From Candidatus Scybalousia scybalohippi (GTDB lineage: Bacteria > Bacteroidota > Bacteroidia > Bacteroidales > P3), in the NCBI GenBank assembly GCA_018065645.1, contig JAGHSX010000132.1:1-51158 (forward strand): 51,158 bases of DNA, read 5' to 3'. Numbering within the stretch: position 1 is the first letter of the stretch; each line of letters begins with the position of its first letter. Positions 26,086-35,402 of the stretch are shown piece after piece. A model generated the notes under the pieces. The model had not been told where the DNA came from, did no database searches, and saw nothing but the letters and a program-made list of their open reading frames with translations. Made by a program: the position numbers and the translations under genes.

Positions 26086-26447
26086 TGAAAGAAGCACTTT
26101 ATTTTGTTTGGATTTGTGTTTTAGCTATTTTACTAATGATTCTTTGTGGATGTTCTAATATAACAAAGACACAGACAGAATTAACAATATCCGATTTAAA
26201 CGCCATAGAACAACGAATTGATGAAATTGGTAATAAGATACCATCCGAATGTAAAACCATTATAGAAACCGATTTAAATGGGGTTATTTTTGATTTAAAC
26301 GAGGCAAAGAAGTCTGTTGAGCAAATAAATAAAAATTGTAATGTTGAAAAAAAGATTCTGAAGCAAGAAAATACGATACAGGTTATTTGGTTGGTTATTT
26401 TATTTGCTTTGTGTTGCCTGCTTGGATTTAAAACGATTAAAAAATAA
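26085..26447 (+). CDS. unimolecular spanin-like protein (N-terminal lipoprotein signal plus C-terminal TM)
   Basis: Signal plus lipobox-like ILCGC-S near residue 20; C-terminal VIWLVILFALCCLLGF TM; directly after the endolysin (TAATG coupling). Confidence 0.5.
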   Translation: MKEALYFVWICVLAILLMILCGCSNITKTQTELTISDLNAIEQRIDEIGNKIPSECKTIIETDLNGVIFDLNEAKKSVEQINKNCNVEKKILKQENTIQVIWLVILFALCCLLGFKTIKK

Positions 26448-26448
26448 T

Positions 26449-26477
26449 TTGATTTTTTGCCAAAAAAAATATATAAT
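26449..26477 (+). promoter_or_regulatory. promoter TTGATT-17-TATAAT with downstream leader hairpin
   Basis: ttgatt-ttttgccaaaaaaaata-tataat; leader stem GTGTGGC (26482-26488) / GCCACAC (26526-26532); AAAGGAG SD. Confidence 0.5.
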
Positions 26478-26563
26478 ACTTGTGTGGCTAGGAACTCGAG
26501 CCCGAACAGCAGAACCTTACTGCCTGCCACACTTAACTTTAAGGACTACTAAAGGAGTAGAAA

Positions 26564-27211
26564 ATGGTTAAACAAATAGAAGTTTCAGTTGGAAAAAAAT
26601 ACGGTCATTTAACAATCTTAAAAGATTGTGGGATGTTAAAACATAAAACTAAAAATGTTCATATGGTTTTTTGTAGATGTGATTGTGGTGTTGAAAAAAA
26701 CGTCAACTTATATAACTTAACACACGGTAATATAAAAAGCTGTGGTTGCATTATTAAAAAAACAACGGGTGATGTTCATAGAACACACGGTTTTTCTGGT
26801 ACAAGACTTTATAGGATATGGCAAAATATAAAAAAAAGATGCTATGATGAAAAAAACTGTAGGTATAATAGATATGGTGGGCGTGGAATAAAAATGTGTG
26901 ATGAGTGGAGAAACGATTTTAAATGTTTTTATGATTGGTCAATACAAAATGGATATGATTGGAATGCAAAATATGGTGATTGTACAATAGATAGAATTGA
27001 CAATGATGGCAATTATGAACCATCAAATTGTAGATGGGTTTCTATTTTTGTACAAAACAGAAATAGAGGAAACAAAAGGATTGTTTCTTTAAACGGTGAA
27101 GAAATGTGTTTAGCTAATGCTTGTGATATATTGAAAATTGATAAAAAGAAAGCTTATTATAATATAGTAAAAATGAAAAGAAATTATTTTAATTTGACAT
27201 TGGTTAGATAA
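26564..27211 (+). CDS. free-standing Cys-rich DNA-binding/nuclease-like protein (paralog of 45139..45816)
   Basis: GHLTILKD...CRCDCG...SCGC zinc-ribbon-like N-terminus; LYRIWQNIKKRCYD...YGGRGIKMCDEW...TIDRIDNDGNYEPSNCRWV core; HTH-like C-terminus. Confidence 0.5.
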   Translation: MVKQIEVSVGKKYGHLTILKDCGMLKHKTKNVHMVFCRCDCGVEKNVNLYNLTHGNIKSCGCIIKKTTGDVHRTHGFSGTRLYRIWQNIKKRCYDEKNCRYNRYGGRGIKMCDEWRNDFKCFYDWSIQNGYDWNAKYGDCTIDRIDNDGNYEPSNCRWVSIFVQNRNRGNKRIVSLNGEEMCLANACDILKIDKKKAYYNIVKMKRNYFNLTLVR

Positions 27212-27243
27212 CTTGTTAAAATGTTACTATAAAAGGAGTAACA

Positions 27244-28047
27244 ATGGCAAATTATTGTGAAGAAAAGGCACTTGTATTATATGTTCAACAGAATAGCTCT
27301 CGTTTTATGGGGGTTGATTGGTTGAAAGTAAAATTTGCTAGTGAGTTTGATTTACAAGATTATACAGCTAATTTTAAAATTGGCAATGCTTTAAGACAGT
27401 GGGAAAACCTTTCAGAAGATTATATTATAAACCTAACAGACGAAGAAATTAAATCTTTGGCTCTTGGTATGAACTATGGAGTTCTTGTCGTAACAGATAA
27501 CGAAGGAAACAAAAAACCATTTACGACAGCGGTTCCTGTTATTCTTAAGAACTGGATAGAAGGAGAATATCAGAAGATAGATACGTTCCATTTATCTGTA
27601 AATGCCAAATTTGAAGGCGAAACAGTGATGACTATTACCATTGAAACAGCACAAGTGTCTGAACAAATGGTAGATAATAAAATAGCCGAACACAACGAAA
27701 GTAATATATCGCACCAAGATATTAGAGAAGATATTGGAACAAAACAGCCTAAATTAACATCAGAAAATGCAGGAACAGATATTTCTATTACAGAGGTTGG
27801 GGGAATTATAAAGATTAACTCCACAGCAGAAGGAGTGACAGTTCACAACCAACTAACGGGTCGTGATGCAGAAAATACACATCCGATGAGTTCAATAACT
27901 GGGTTAAATACAGCTTTGTCTGGAAAACAACCAACAATTTCTGATTTAGATACAATTAGAGCTGGTGCTGATTTGGGTGGAACATCACTTCAACCAGAAG
28001 ATATACAGTATATTAGCAACGAAGAAATAGATGAGATGTTTGAATGA
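27244..28047 (+). CDS. tail fibre protein (short; N-terminal domain paralogous to 32945..34591)
   Basis: NEGNKKPFTTAVPVILKNWIEGEY versus LQGNKHPFSTAIPCEVKEWQEGD; HNQLTGRDAENTHPMSSITGL versus HDELLHRDYDDQHPISAITGL. Confidence 0.5.
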   Translation: MANYCEEKALVLYVQQNSSRFMGVDWLKVKFASEFDLQDYTANFKIGNALRQWENLSEDYIINLTDEEIKSLALGMNYGVLVVTDNEGNKKPFTTAVPVILKNWIEGEYQKIDTFHLSVNAKFEGETVMTITIETAQVSEQMVDNKIAEHNESNISHQDIREDIGTKQPKLTSENAGTDISITEVGGIIKINSTAEGVTVHNQLTGRDAENTHPMSSITGLNTALSGKQPTISDLDTIRAGADLGGTSLQPEDIQYISNEEIDEMFE

Positions 28048-28700
28048 TGACATATAGAGAATATATCAATGCTATTTTATCAATGAGAGAAAACACAAAG
28101 AAAAAAGATGTGTATATGGAAAGACATCACATTATCCCAAAGTGTATGGGTGGAGATAATAGTCCTGAAAATCTTGTCTGGTTATTTCCAAGAGAACATT
28201 TTATTGCACATAAACTTTTATATCTAGAAAATAAAGGTATAACTGCTCTTTCTTATGCTTATTGGAATATGAGCCATTGTATAAAAAAAGGCAGATACAA
28301 ACTTACAGAATTAGAATATGAACAAGCGAGAAAAGAACATAGCAAAAATATGTCTGGTAAAAACAATCCTAATTATGGTGTCCGTATGACCGAAGAAGAA
28401 AGAAAAAAATCATCTGTACTACATAAGAAAATAGCAAAAAAATTATCAGAAGAACATATAAGAAAATTAAAAATTAAAAATTCTCATCCTTTTACACCAG
28501 TACACAAGAAAAAAATATCAGAATCTAGGTTAAAATCAAGCAAAAAAATAATAAATTTAACTACTGGAAATATTTATGGTTCTATAATTGAAGCTTCTAG
28601 GTCGCTTGGTATAAATAGATGTTGTATAAGTGATTGTTTGTTTAAAAGACAAAAAACTGCTGGTGGGTATAAATGGGGTTTTTATAAGGAGTCGGAATGA
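28044..28700 (+). CDS. HNH homing endonuclease with NUMOD-like DNA-binding repeats
   Basis: ERHHIIPKCMGGDNSPENLVWLFPREHFIAH (HNH); GKNNPNYG and NSHPFTP repeats; C-terminal INLTTGNIYGSIIEASRSLGI HTH. Confidence 0.8.
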   Translation: MMTYREYINAILSMRENTKKKDVYMERHHIIPKCMGGDNSPENLVWLFPREHFIAHKLLYLENKGITALSYAYWNMSHCIKKGRYKLTELEYEQARKEHSKNMSGKNNPNYGVRMTEEERKKSSVLHKKIAKKLSEEHIRKLKIKNSHPFTPVHKKKISESRLKSSKKIINLTTGNIYGSIIEASRSLGINRCCISDCLFKRQKTAGGYKWGFYKESE

Positions 28701-30511
28701 CAGATAAATTGCTAAACAAAGATGGTCTTTCTTATTATACGGGTAAAGTAAAAGAAATAACAAACGATTTGAGTGATAGAATAGATAATATATCGTCTCT
28801 TGGTCGTTATTTAAGCACTTGGATATGTCCAACTGGTCTTGCTGGAACAAATCCACCGCATAGCCCTTTTGAATATCGTTCTGGCGACTATTTCTTGGTG
28901 TCTTATGTTGCTCAAGCCGGTCAAACAAATTATAGACCAAGTGGAACAACATATACGACAGGAGTTGCATCAACTGTTGTTGAAACGGATACTGTTGTTG
29001 CTGGCGATAGATATTTATATGATGGGACACAATGGATATTACAAAAAGTCGCTGAAAGAAGTATATCTTTTAATAATGTTGTTGGTTCTCCATACGATAA
29101 TACAAACTTGGCTGCGGCATTAAATGGAAAACAGGCTTTAATTGATGCACAACACAAATTAAATAGTGATTTAGTGTCTGATGCCGACCAAACAAACAAA
29201 TTCGTCACAGCACAAGAAAAAACAACTTGGAATAATAAGCAAAACGCTATTTCTGATTTAGATGATATTCGGTCAGGTGCTTCTGCTGGTGCTACTGCAT
29301 TACAAAGCGGAGATAATGTAACAGAATTAGTAAATAATGCTGGTTATTTAACTGGCATTACAGGGCAACAAGTAACAAATGCTTTGGGATATACACCATA
29401 TAATTCTACAAATCCAGATGGGTATCAAAATGCTACACAAGTCAATACCGCTATTACTTCTTATCACGATACAAGTAAACAAGATACTTTGGTCAGTGGA
29501 ACGAATATAAAAACAGTAAATAACAACTCATTGGTTGGTTCTGGTAATGTTTCAATAAATGAAATCACATCGGCAGAAAGAACAAAACTTGGAACAATAA
29601 ATACAATCTTCACAAAGATTGGTGGTTCTGATATAGACTATGACTTATCTACAATAGAATGTTCAAAAGAAAGCCAAACATATGGTTTTGAATATGGAAC
29701 TTATACATACGGTGGCAGTTCTTTTACTGGTCTTGGCTCTCAAAACTATCACGTTGCAAACAGTTTTTCTTATGGGAAAATAAACTTTACATTTGCCAAA
29801 GCTGGAATATTAAAAGTAACTGCTTATTGTAGTGGGGAAAGCACTTATGACTTTGGTATATTAAGTAATCTTGACCAAGAATTAAGCAAAGATGCAACTG
29901 CAGATACAACCAATAAGTATTCATTCAGTGGACATCAAAAGACAACTTATGTTGCAGAATATGAAGTAACTGCTGGAAACCACTTTATTACAATAAAATA
30001 TAAAAAGGATGGTTCGCAAGATACAGACCTTGATAGAATGGTTATCACCAAGATTGAGTTTAAGACACAACACGGATTCTTTGTTGCTTCTTATGAAAAC
30101 CCATCAGAGCAAATAGAAATTGGTAATACTCCAGAGGTGGATTATCCTGTAACAGATGTTCAAATGCAAAATTCTACATCTGCAACAACATATACTTCAA
30201 TCTTGGATGGTAAAATTGCAAAGATACCAAAAGCTACAACTTCTGTTATGGGTGTTGTAAGACCAAGTAATACTTATGGAACTACAATTACAAGTGGATA
30301 TTTAGGAATTTATAGTGCAACAGCCGCACAAACACAAAGCAAAAGTTCAACAAGTGTTCCGTTAACACCAGCAAGAATACACGATATTATTAAATATGGT
30401 CTAGGTGGTTATAGTGGAACAGCTTTTACAGATGCAGAAAAACAAAAAGCAAGACAAACGATAGGTGTTGATGATGCTGGTGCAAAGATAACTTTTGTGG
30501 AGTGGACATAA
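28697..30511 (+). CDS. tail fibre protein (604 aa)
   Basis: Shares the cassettes HKLNSDLVSD...TWNNKQ and GYQNATQVNTAITSYHDTSKQDTLVSGTNIKT with 35803..37962. Confidence 0.65.
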   Translation: MTDKLLNKDGLSYYTGKVKEITNDLSDRIDNISSLGRYLSTWICPTGLAGTNPPHSPFEYRSGDYFLVSYVAQAGQTNYRPSGTTYTTGVASTVVETDTVVAGDRYLYDGTQWILQKVAERSISFNNVVGSPYDNTNLAAALNGKQALIDAQHKLNSDLVSDADQTNKFVTAQEKTTWNNKQNAISDLDDIRSGASAGATALQSGDNVTELVNNAGYLTGITGQQVTNALGYTPYNSTNPDGYQNATQVNTAITSYHDTSKQDTLVSGTNIKTVNNNSLVGSGNVSINEITSAERTKLGTINTIFTKIGGSDIDYDLSTIECSKESQTYGFEYGTYTYGGSSFTGLGSQNYHVANSFSYGKINFTFAKAGILKVTAYCSGESTYDFGILSNLDQELSKDATADTTNKYSFSGHQKTTYVAEYEVTAGNHFITIKYKKDGSQDTDLDRMVITKIEFKTQHGFFVASYENPSEQIEIGNTPEVDYPVTDVQMQNSTSATTYTSILDGKIAKIPKATTSVMGVVRPSNTYGTTITSGYLGIYSATAAQTQSKSSTSVPLTPARIHDIIKYGLGGYSGTAFTDAEKQKARQTIGVDDAGAKITFVEWT

Positions 30512-32490
30512 TGACATTACCAAACGGATATAGACAGTTATTGTGGATACAAAGCGACGGTAATCAATATATCAATACTGGTATTATTCCTACAACATAT
30601 ACAGAAACATTTATTGATTTTTTATTACCATCTATACCATCTAATCTAACAATATTTGGTGGAACCGATTTGTATGGTAAAAATGATGCAACTTATGCTA
30701 TTTTACGAAAAGAAGCAAATGAAAGCAGATATAATTTTCGTATGCACTACTTGGGAATAATATACTGCACATTGGAAGTAAATAAAAGATATAAGGTCGT
30801 TATGAATGAGGTTGGAACAAGAAACCTTACTTTAGATGGTAATATTATCGGGACATTTGATAATGCAATAAATGTGAATATACCAATTCACATTTTTATG
30901 AGAAACTCTGATGGTGTAACATACTATGATAATAATATAGTAAGGATATATGCTATTAGATTTAAAGATAATAATGGTATATTAAAAGATTTTGTTCCTT
31001 GTTGCAGAGAGTCTGATAATTCAATAGGGTTATATGATAAACAAAACGATTTATTTTATCCGAACGAAGGAACAGGAACTTTTACATATTCGGAAATGCC
31101 GACATTACAACAAGTAATGCCTTGTAGAGTTATTATTGATTCTTCTGCATCAAGATTACCTGCTGGTTATCAAGAAGTTGAGTGGATAGGTTCAACTGGA
31201 ACACAGTATATTAATACAGGATTATCTTTGCCTGATGGGTTTAAGTCAGAGTCAGAAGTAATGATTATATCTTATGGCGGTTCTGGTGATTGGTTGCCGG
31301 GGAGATTTATTGGTTCTCATAATGGTTCTGCACCATATAACAGAAACCACCACTCTTTTGTTCAACCAAATGGAAGTCTTTCTGATGTAAGAGCAGAACC
31401 AGCTTCTGGTGGTGTTGGATATTATATGTCTAATCAACAATTAACAAAAGATGTATTCTTTAAATATGAAGTAGACAATACAACTACTGTGCCAACTTGT
31501 AAGGTTAATGGAGTTTCATTAACTTTGTCAAACCAAGGCGGAACAACTGGTGCTGGAAATAGAGCAACATATAGTATTTATTTAATGGCAGCCAATCAAG
31601 CAGGAACGGCTTATTGCTCTACACATCTAAAAAATAAATACACAAAGATATGGGATAAAAACGATGTCTTATTAAGATATTATGTGCCTTGTTATAGAAC
31701 ATCAGATAACAAAACTGGATTTTATGATTTAGAAAATGGAGTTTTTTATCCAAATAAAGGAACTGGAGAGTTTGATATTGGTTCTCCTGTCGGTGCAAAG
31801 GTATTAAAACAAGTAATGCCTTGCATAACAATTATACAAGGAAGTAGATTACCGATTGGTTATCAAGAAGTTGAATATTTACAAAGCACAGGAACACAAT
31901 ATATAGATACAGGATTATCTTTGGTAAATGGATATAGAACAACAGCAAATGTATCTGTAATAGATGGCTCTGTTTCTGGGACAATTATAGGAAGCTCTAC
32001 ACACACAAGTGTTTGGGGAGATAGAAACTATGTTGTAAGTTCTTCAAATGGTCAATGGCTTGTCGGATATGGCGGAACTGGGTATCAGTATTTTGGAAGT
32101 TATTCAACAAACACTGTATATGAAATAGACTTTTGTAATATCCATAACAGAGAAAGTCTTAAAGTAAATAATACATCATATTCAATAGTTACAACTGGAA
32201 CTCCTGGAACGTTTTATAGTGGAAATCTGTATATGTTCGCCAATAATGGTTCCGGAACAGCAGAACTATTTAGTGGTTTGAAGATATACAACCTTAAAGT
32301 TTATAATGAAAACGATGTATTGGTTCGTGATTTTATCCCAGCAAAAAGAAACGATGGCGAATTGGGTATGTATGATTTGGTTGGTAATGTTTTTTATATA
32401 AATAAAGGAACTGGGAAGTTCTTATCTGGTAATGTTATTGGTGTAAAAGTATTAAAACCTTTAACAATGTTTAGAATTAAGGAGGTATAA
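30511..32490 (+). CDS. receptor-binding-type protein built from three ~215-aa tandem repeats
   Basis: Start trimmed to ATG 30511 (TAATG coupling). Repeats start at LPNGYRQLLWIQSDGNQYINTG, LPAGYQEVEWIGSTGTQYINTG (nt ~31153) and LPIGYQEVEYLQSTGTQYIDTG (nt ~31846). Confidence 0.55.
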   Translation: MTLPNGYRQLLWIQSDGNQYINTGIIPTTYTETFIDFLLPSIPSNLTIFGGTDLYGKNDATYAILRKEANESRYNFRMHYLGIIYCTLEVNKRYKVVMNEVGTRNLTLDGNIIGTFDNAINVNIPIHIFMRNSDGVTYYDNNIVRIYAIRFKDNNGILKDFVPCCRESDNSIGLYDKQNDLFYPNEGTGTFTYSEMPTLQQVMPCRVIIDSSASRLPAGYQEVEWIGSTGTQYINTGLSLPDGFKSESEVMIISYGGSGDWLPGRFIGSHNGSAPYNRNHHSFVQPNGSLSDVRAEPASGGVGYYMSNQQLTKDVFFKYEVDNTTTVPTCKVNGVSLTLSNQGGTTGAGNRATYSIYLMAANQAGTAYCSTHLKNKYTKIWDKNDVLLRYYVPCYRTSDNKTGFYDLENGVFYPNKGTGEFDIGSPVGAKVLKQVMPCITIIQGSRLPIGYQEVEYLQSTGTQYIDTGLSLVNGYRTTANVSVIDGSVSGTIIGSSTHTSVWGDRNYVVSSSNGQWLVGYGGTGYQYFGSYSTNTVYEIDFCNIHNRESLKVNNTSYSIVTTGTPGTFYSGNLYMFANNGSGTAELFSGLKIYNLKVYNENDVLVRDFIPAKRNDGELGMYDLVGNVFYINKGTGKFLSGNVIGVKVLKPLTMFRIKEV

Positions 32491-32691
32491 ATGGCAAGTA
32501 GTTCAACAGATATTAAAGATTTAAAATTTAACTTTGGAAAAAAGCAAGTTCTTGATACAAACGTAGGAAATATGAATGTTGGAGATTTTGCTATTGTTAC
32601 GGACAGAGTTATCCCGTTAGCTCCAACAACAGATGGTGATTATGTTCTTCGTGTTGTTGATGGTGTTGCAAGTTGGGTTTTAGTATCATAA
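32491..32691 (+). CDS. small fibre-tip-like protein (66 aa)
   Basis: TDGDYVLRVVDGVASWV matches the C-terminus of 24035..24676. Confidence 0.45.
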   Translation: MASSSTDIKDLKFNFGKKQVLDTNVGNMNVGDFAIVTDRVIPLAPTTDGDYVLRVVDGVASWVLVS

Positions 32692-32894
32692 TGAAGATAA
32701 CTCTTGAAACAGGTAAGGATAATGTTGTGAGAGTATTTAGAGATGGTTGCTTTCGTGGTGTTGTAAAGACAAAAGACCATCATTTGTTATGCTATGATGG
32801 TAAAAGACATACAACAGCAGAAAATCTAAATGAGGTTATTAGGTTCTTCAACGGGGATTATAAATCGTATTATTTTAGAGGTAATGAAAGATAA
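32691..32894 (+). CDS. hypothetical protein (67 aa)
   Basis: Start trimmed from TTG 32673 to ATG 32691 (TAATG coupling). Confidence 0.4.
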   Translation: MKITLETGKDNVVRVFRDGCFRGVVKTKDHHLLCYDGKRHTTAENLNEVIRFFNGDYKSYYFRGNER

Positions 32895-32895
32895 G

Positions 32896-32924
32896 TTGAC
32901 AGAGTGTATTCTGTTTGCTACAAT
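32896..32924 (+). promoter_or_regulatory. internal promoter TTGACA-17-TACAAT
   Basis: ttgaca-gagtgtattctgtttgc-tacaat, then AAAGGAG SD and ATG 32945. Confidence 0.5.
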
Positions 32925-32944
32925 AAAGTAAAAGGAGAATCCTT

Positions 32945-34591
32945 ATGTCTTGCTGTGATGAATTAAAAACACTTACTATTTTCAAGGGCTTTAATACAAG
33001 ATTTGCAGGTCGCCCACTTGTTAAAATGGACTTTCAATCAGAAGGTCTTGACCTAACTGGGTTTAAGGCATATTTGACTTTATACGGCATTACGAAAGAG
33101 TTTGACGATATAACAAGTCCTATTGATGTGGATTTTACAGCAGAAGAAACCGCTACATTTCCTGTTGGATTAAACTATGCCGAAATTATAGTAGAAGATT
33201 TACAAGGGAATAAACATCCATTTAGCACAGCAATCCCTTGCGAAGTTAAAGAATGGCAAGAGGGCGATATTGAGTTAGATAACTTTGATATAACCATTAC
33301 CACAGATATTCAAGAAAATACTATTGTTATTAAGTTTGAAAATGGTGGTTCTGGCACATTTAATCACGATGAGCTTTTACACAGAGATTATGATGACCAA
33401 CATCCTATTTCTGCTATTACTGGGCTTCGTGGTGAACTAGATGATATTTCGCAGGAAATTTCAACCGAAACAGATGTAAGGCAACAGGCTGATGAGGCGT
33501 TAGCTGAGGCAATCGGAAATGAGGCTCAAGCTCGTGCTAATGCTGATATAGCATTAGGTGATAGAATTAACGCAGAAGAACAGGCTAGAGGGCTTGCTGA
33601 CACTTCTCTTGGAATTCGTATTGATAATGAAGCAACCACTCGTGGAAATGCAGATATAGCTCTTGGGAACAGAATTGATAGTGAAGAACAAGCTCGTATT
33701 GATGAAGATGAAGCATTAGACCAAAGAATTGATGAGGTTGTTGGGGATTTAGGCGACCACGTTCAGGATAAGAATAATCCACACGAAGTAACAAAAACAC
33801 AGGTTGGTCTTGGTAATGTTGAGAACTTGGCACCTGAGGATATGCCTGTGTCTACAGCACAAGAAAATGCCATACAAGCTGTGCAGGATAACCTAGATGA
33901 TGAAACAGATGCTCGTTTATTGGCAGAACAAGGATTACAAGACCAGATAGATAATCTTCCAACTTCTACTGATGTGTCTAGTGCTATTTCTGCTCATAAT
34001 ACCAGTTCAACAGCACACTCTGATATACGGACAGAACTAGGGGAAAAACAACCGACACTTGTATCTGGAACTAATATCAAAACAATAAATAGCACAACTT
34101 TATTGGGTTCTGGTAATGTATCTGTTGCTACAGCTACACAGGGGGCTTTAGCTGATACCTTAAATACATATATGGCTGATGATATATCGGCGAGTAATCA
34201 AATTGCATCAAGGCAGTTTGTTAATTCAAGTATTTCTACAAATACAGCGAACTTTATTGGAACTTTTAATAGTGTTGCTGAAATGGAAGCGTATAGTGGG
34301 ACAAAGACTAATAATGACTATGCTTTTGTAATTGGGACTGATACTGCTGGAAATACAGAATATAATCGGTATAAATGGACAACCACAGAAACACCGAATA
34401 AATGGAAATATGAATATACATTAAATAATTCATCTTTTACAGCTGACCAATGGGCTGCGATAGGTAGTAAAATTACAGAAACAAAAGTAAATACTTATGA
34501 TGCCCACGTTGAAAATAATACTATTCACGTTACAGCAAGTGATAAAACAAATTGGAACGGAAAATCAAAAGTAACAATAAGGAGATGGTAA
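32945..34591 (+). CDS. tail fibre protein (548 aa) with ~11-residue coiled repeats
   Basis: ARANADIALGDRINAEEQARGLADTSLGIRIDNEATTRGNADIALGNRIDSEEQAR; LVSGTNIKTINSTTLLGSGNVSV cassette. Confidence 0.65.
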   Translation: MSCCDELKTLTIFKGFNTRFAGRPLVKMDFQSEGLDLTGFKAYLTLYGITKEFDDITSPIDVDFTAEETATFPVGLNYAEIIVEDLQGNKHPFSTAIPCEVKEWQEGDIELDNFDITITTDIQENTIVIKFENGGSGTFNHDELLHRDYDDQHPISAITGLRGELDDISQEISTETDVRQQADEALAEAIGNEAQARANADIALGDRINAEEQARGLADTSLGIRIDNEATTRGNADIALGNRIDSEEQARIDEDEALDQRIDEVVGDLGDHVQDKNNPHEVTKTQVGLGNVENLAPEDMPVSTAQENAIQAVQDNLDDETDARLLAEQGLQDQIDNLPTSTDVSSAISAHNTSSTAHSDIRTELGEKQPTLVSGTNIKTINSTTLLGSGNVSVATATQGALADTLNTYMADDISASNQIASRQFVNSSISTNTANFIGTFNSVAEMEAYSGTKTNNDYAFVIGTDTAGNTEYNRYKWTTTETPNKWKYEYTLNNSSFTADQWAAIGSKITETKVNTYDAHVENNTIHVTASDKTNWNGKSKVTIRRW

Positions 34592-34592
34592 A

Positions 34593-35393
34593 ATGAAAAA
34601 ACTACTAATGTTATCTATTGCGGTTATAATGTTTTGCGGTAAAGCATTATCAAATACTGTGGCTGAATATAGGGCTATGGGATATACGTTAAGCCAAGCA
34701 AAGACACTTCATAGTATGGATTCTCATACAGAAAATCCATTTAATGCTTGGTTGGCTTATAAAGCTAAAAACTTAAACAATATTCAAGATGTTAAAAATA
34801 GATTTGCCAACAATATGACCATTACTTGTGGTAGTAATACAGAATGTTGGTGGGATTGTGAGAATAATAGTTGTGTAAAATGTCCTATTAGCACAAAACC
34901 ACAATGCCAAATAGATGACCCATTATTATTACCAAATGGTTGCACTTGTCTTTGTAGTGGACCAAATGTAGAAGAAAAAGATGGGTATTGTAGAGAGAAG
35001 CAAACACCACTTACACCAACAGAAAAAGCAGCGTTGATGATTGAGATTTCTAATGCAATTTTACAAGTAGAAGCAACACGTTCACCAACAGATGGAAACA
35101 ATTTAACACTTCCAGATGTATTGGATGGATTACTTCCAGAAGATAGTTGTTGGATAGGTTCATTCGCAGGTAATTCAAACTCCGTATATATTGGTGGATG
35201 CTCAACAGATGTTATGAATAGTATTAAAAGTATTGTTGGAACAACACGTTGGAAACAAGGAGAAGAAGCAATTTGTGGTAATATGGTTATAACAGGAACG
35301 GCTAGTGAAATTGCAAACAGAAGATGTTTAGACTGCAGTAATCCAGCAAAGACAATCTGTTCATTATATGAAAACAGCCAAGTAATAAATTAG
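34593..35393 (+). CDS. Sec-signal-bearing cysteine-rich secreted protein (266 aa)
   Basis: MKKLLMLSIAVIMFCGKALS signal-like N-terminus; ~18 Cys including CGSNTECWWDCENNSCVKCPISTKPQC. Confidence 0.55.
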   Translation: MKKLLMLSIAVIMFCGKALSNTVAEYRAMGYTLSQAKTLHSMDSHTENPFNAWLAYKAKNLNNIQDVKNRFANNMTITCGSNTECWWDCENNSCVKCPISTKPQCQIDDPLLLPNGCTCLCSGPNVEEKDGYCREKQTPLTPTEKAALMIEISNAILQVEATRSPTDGNNLTLPDVLDGLLPEDSCWIGSFAGNSNSVYIGGCSTDVMNSIKSIVGTTRWKQGEEAICGNMVITGTASEIANRRCLDCSNPAKTICSLYENSQVIN

Positions 35394-35402
35394 GAGTAAG
35401 TT

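Noticed and set aside
26455-26470. ttttttgccaaaaaaaa palindrome as a terminator after the spanin gene
   Set aside because: The arms are pure A/T with an essentially zero-length loop, so it cannot form a stable RNA hairpin. It is better read as the spacer of promoter 26449..26477.
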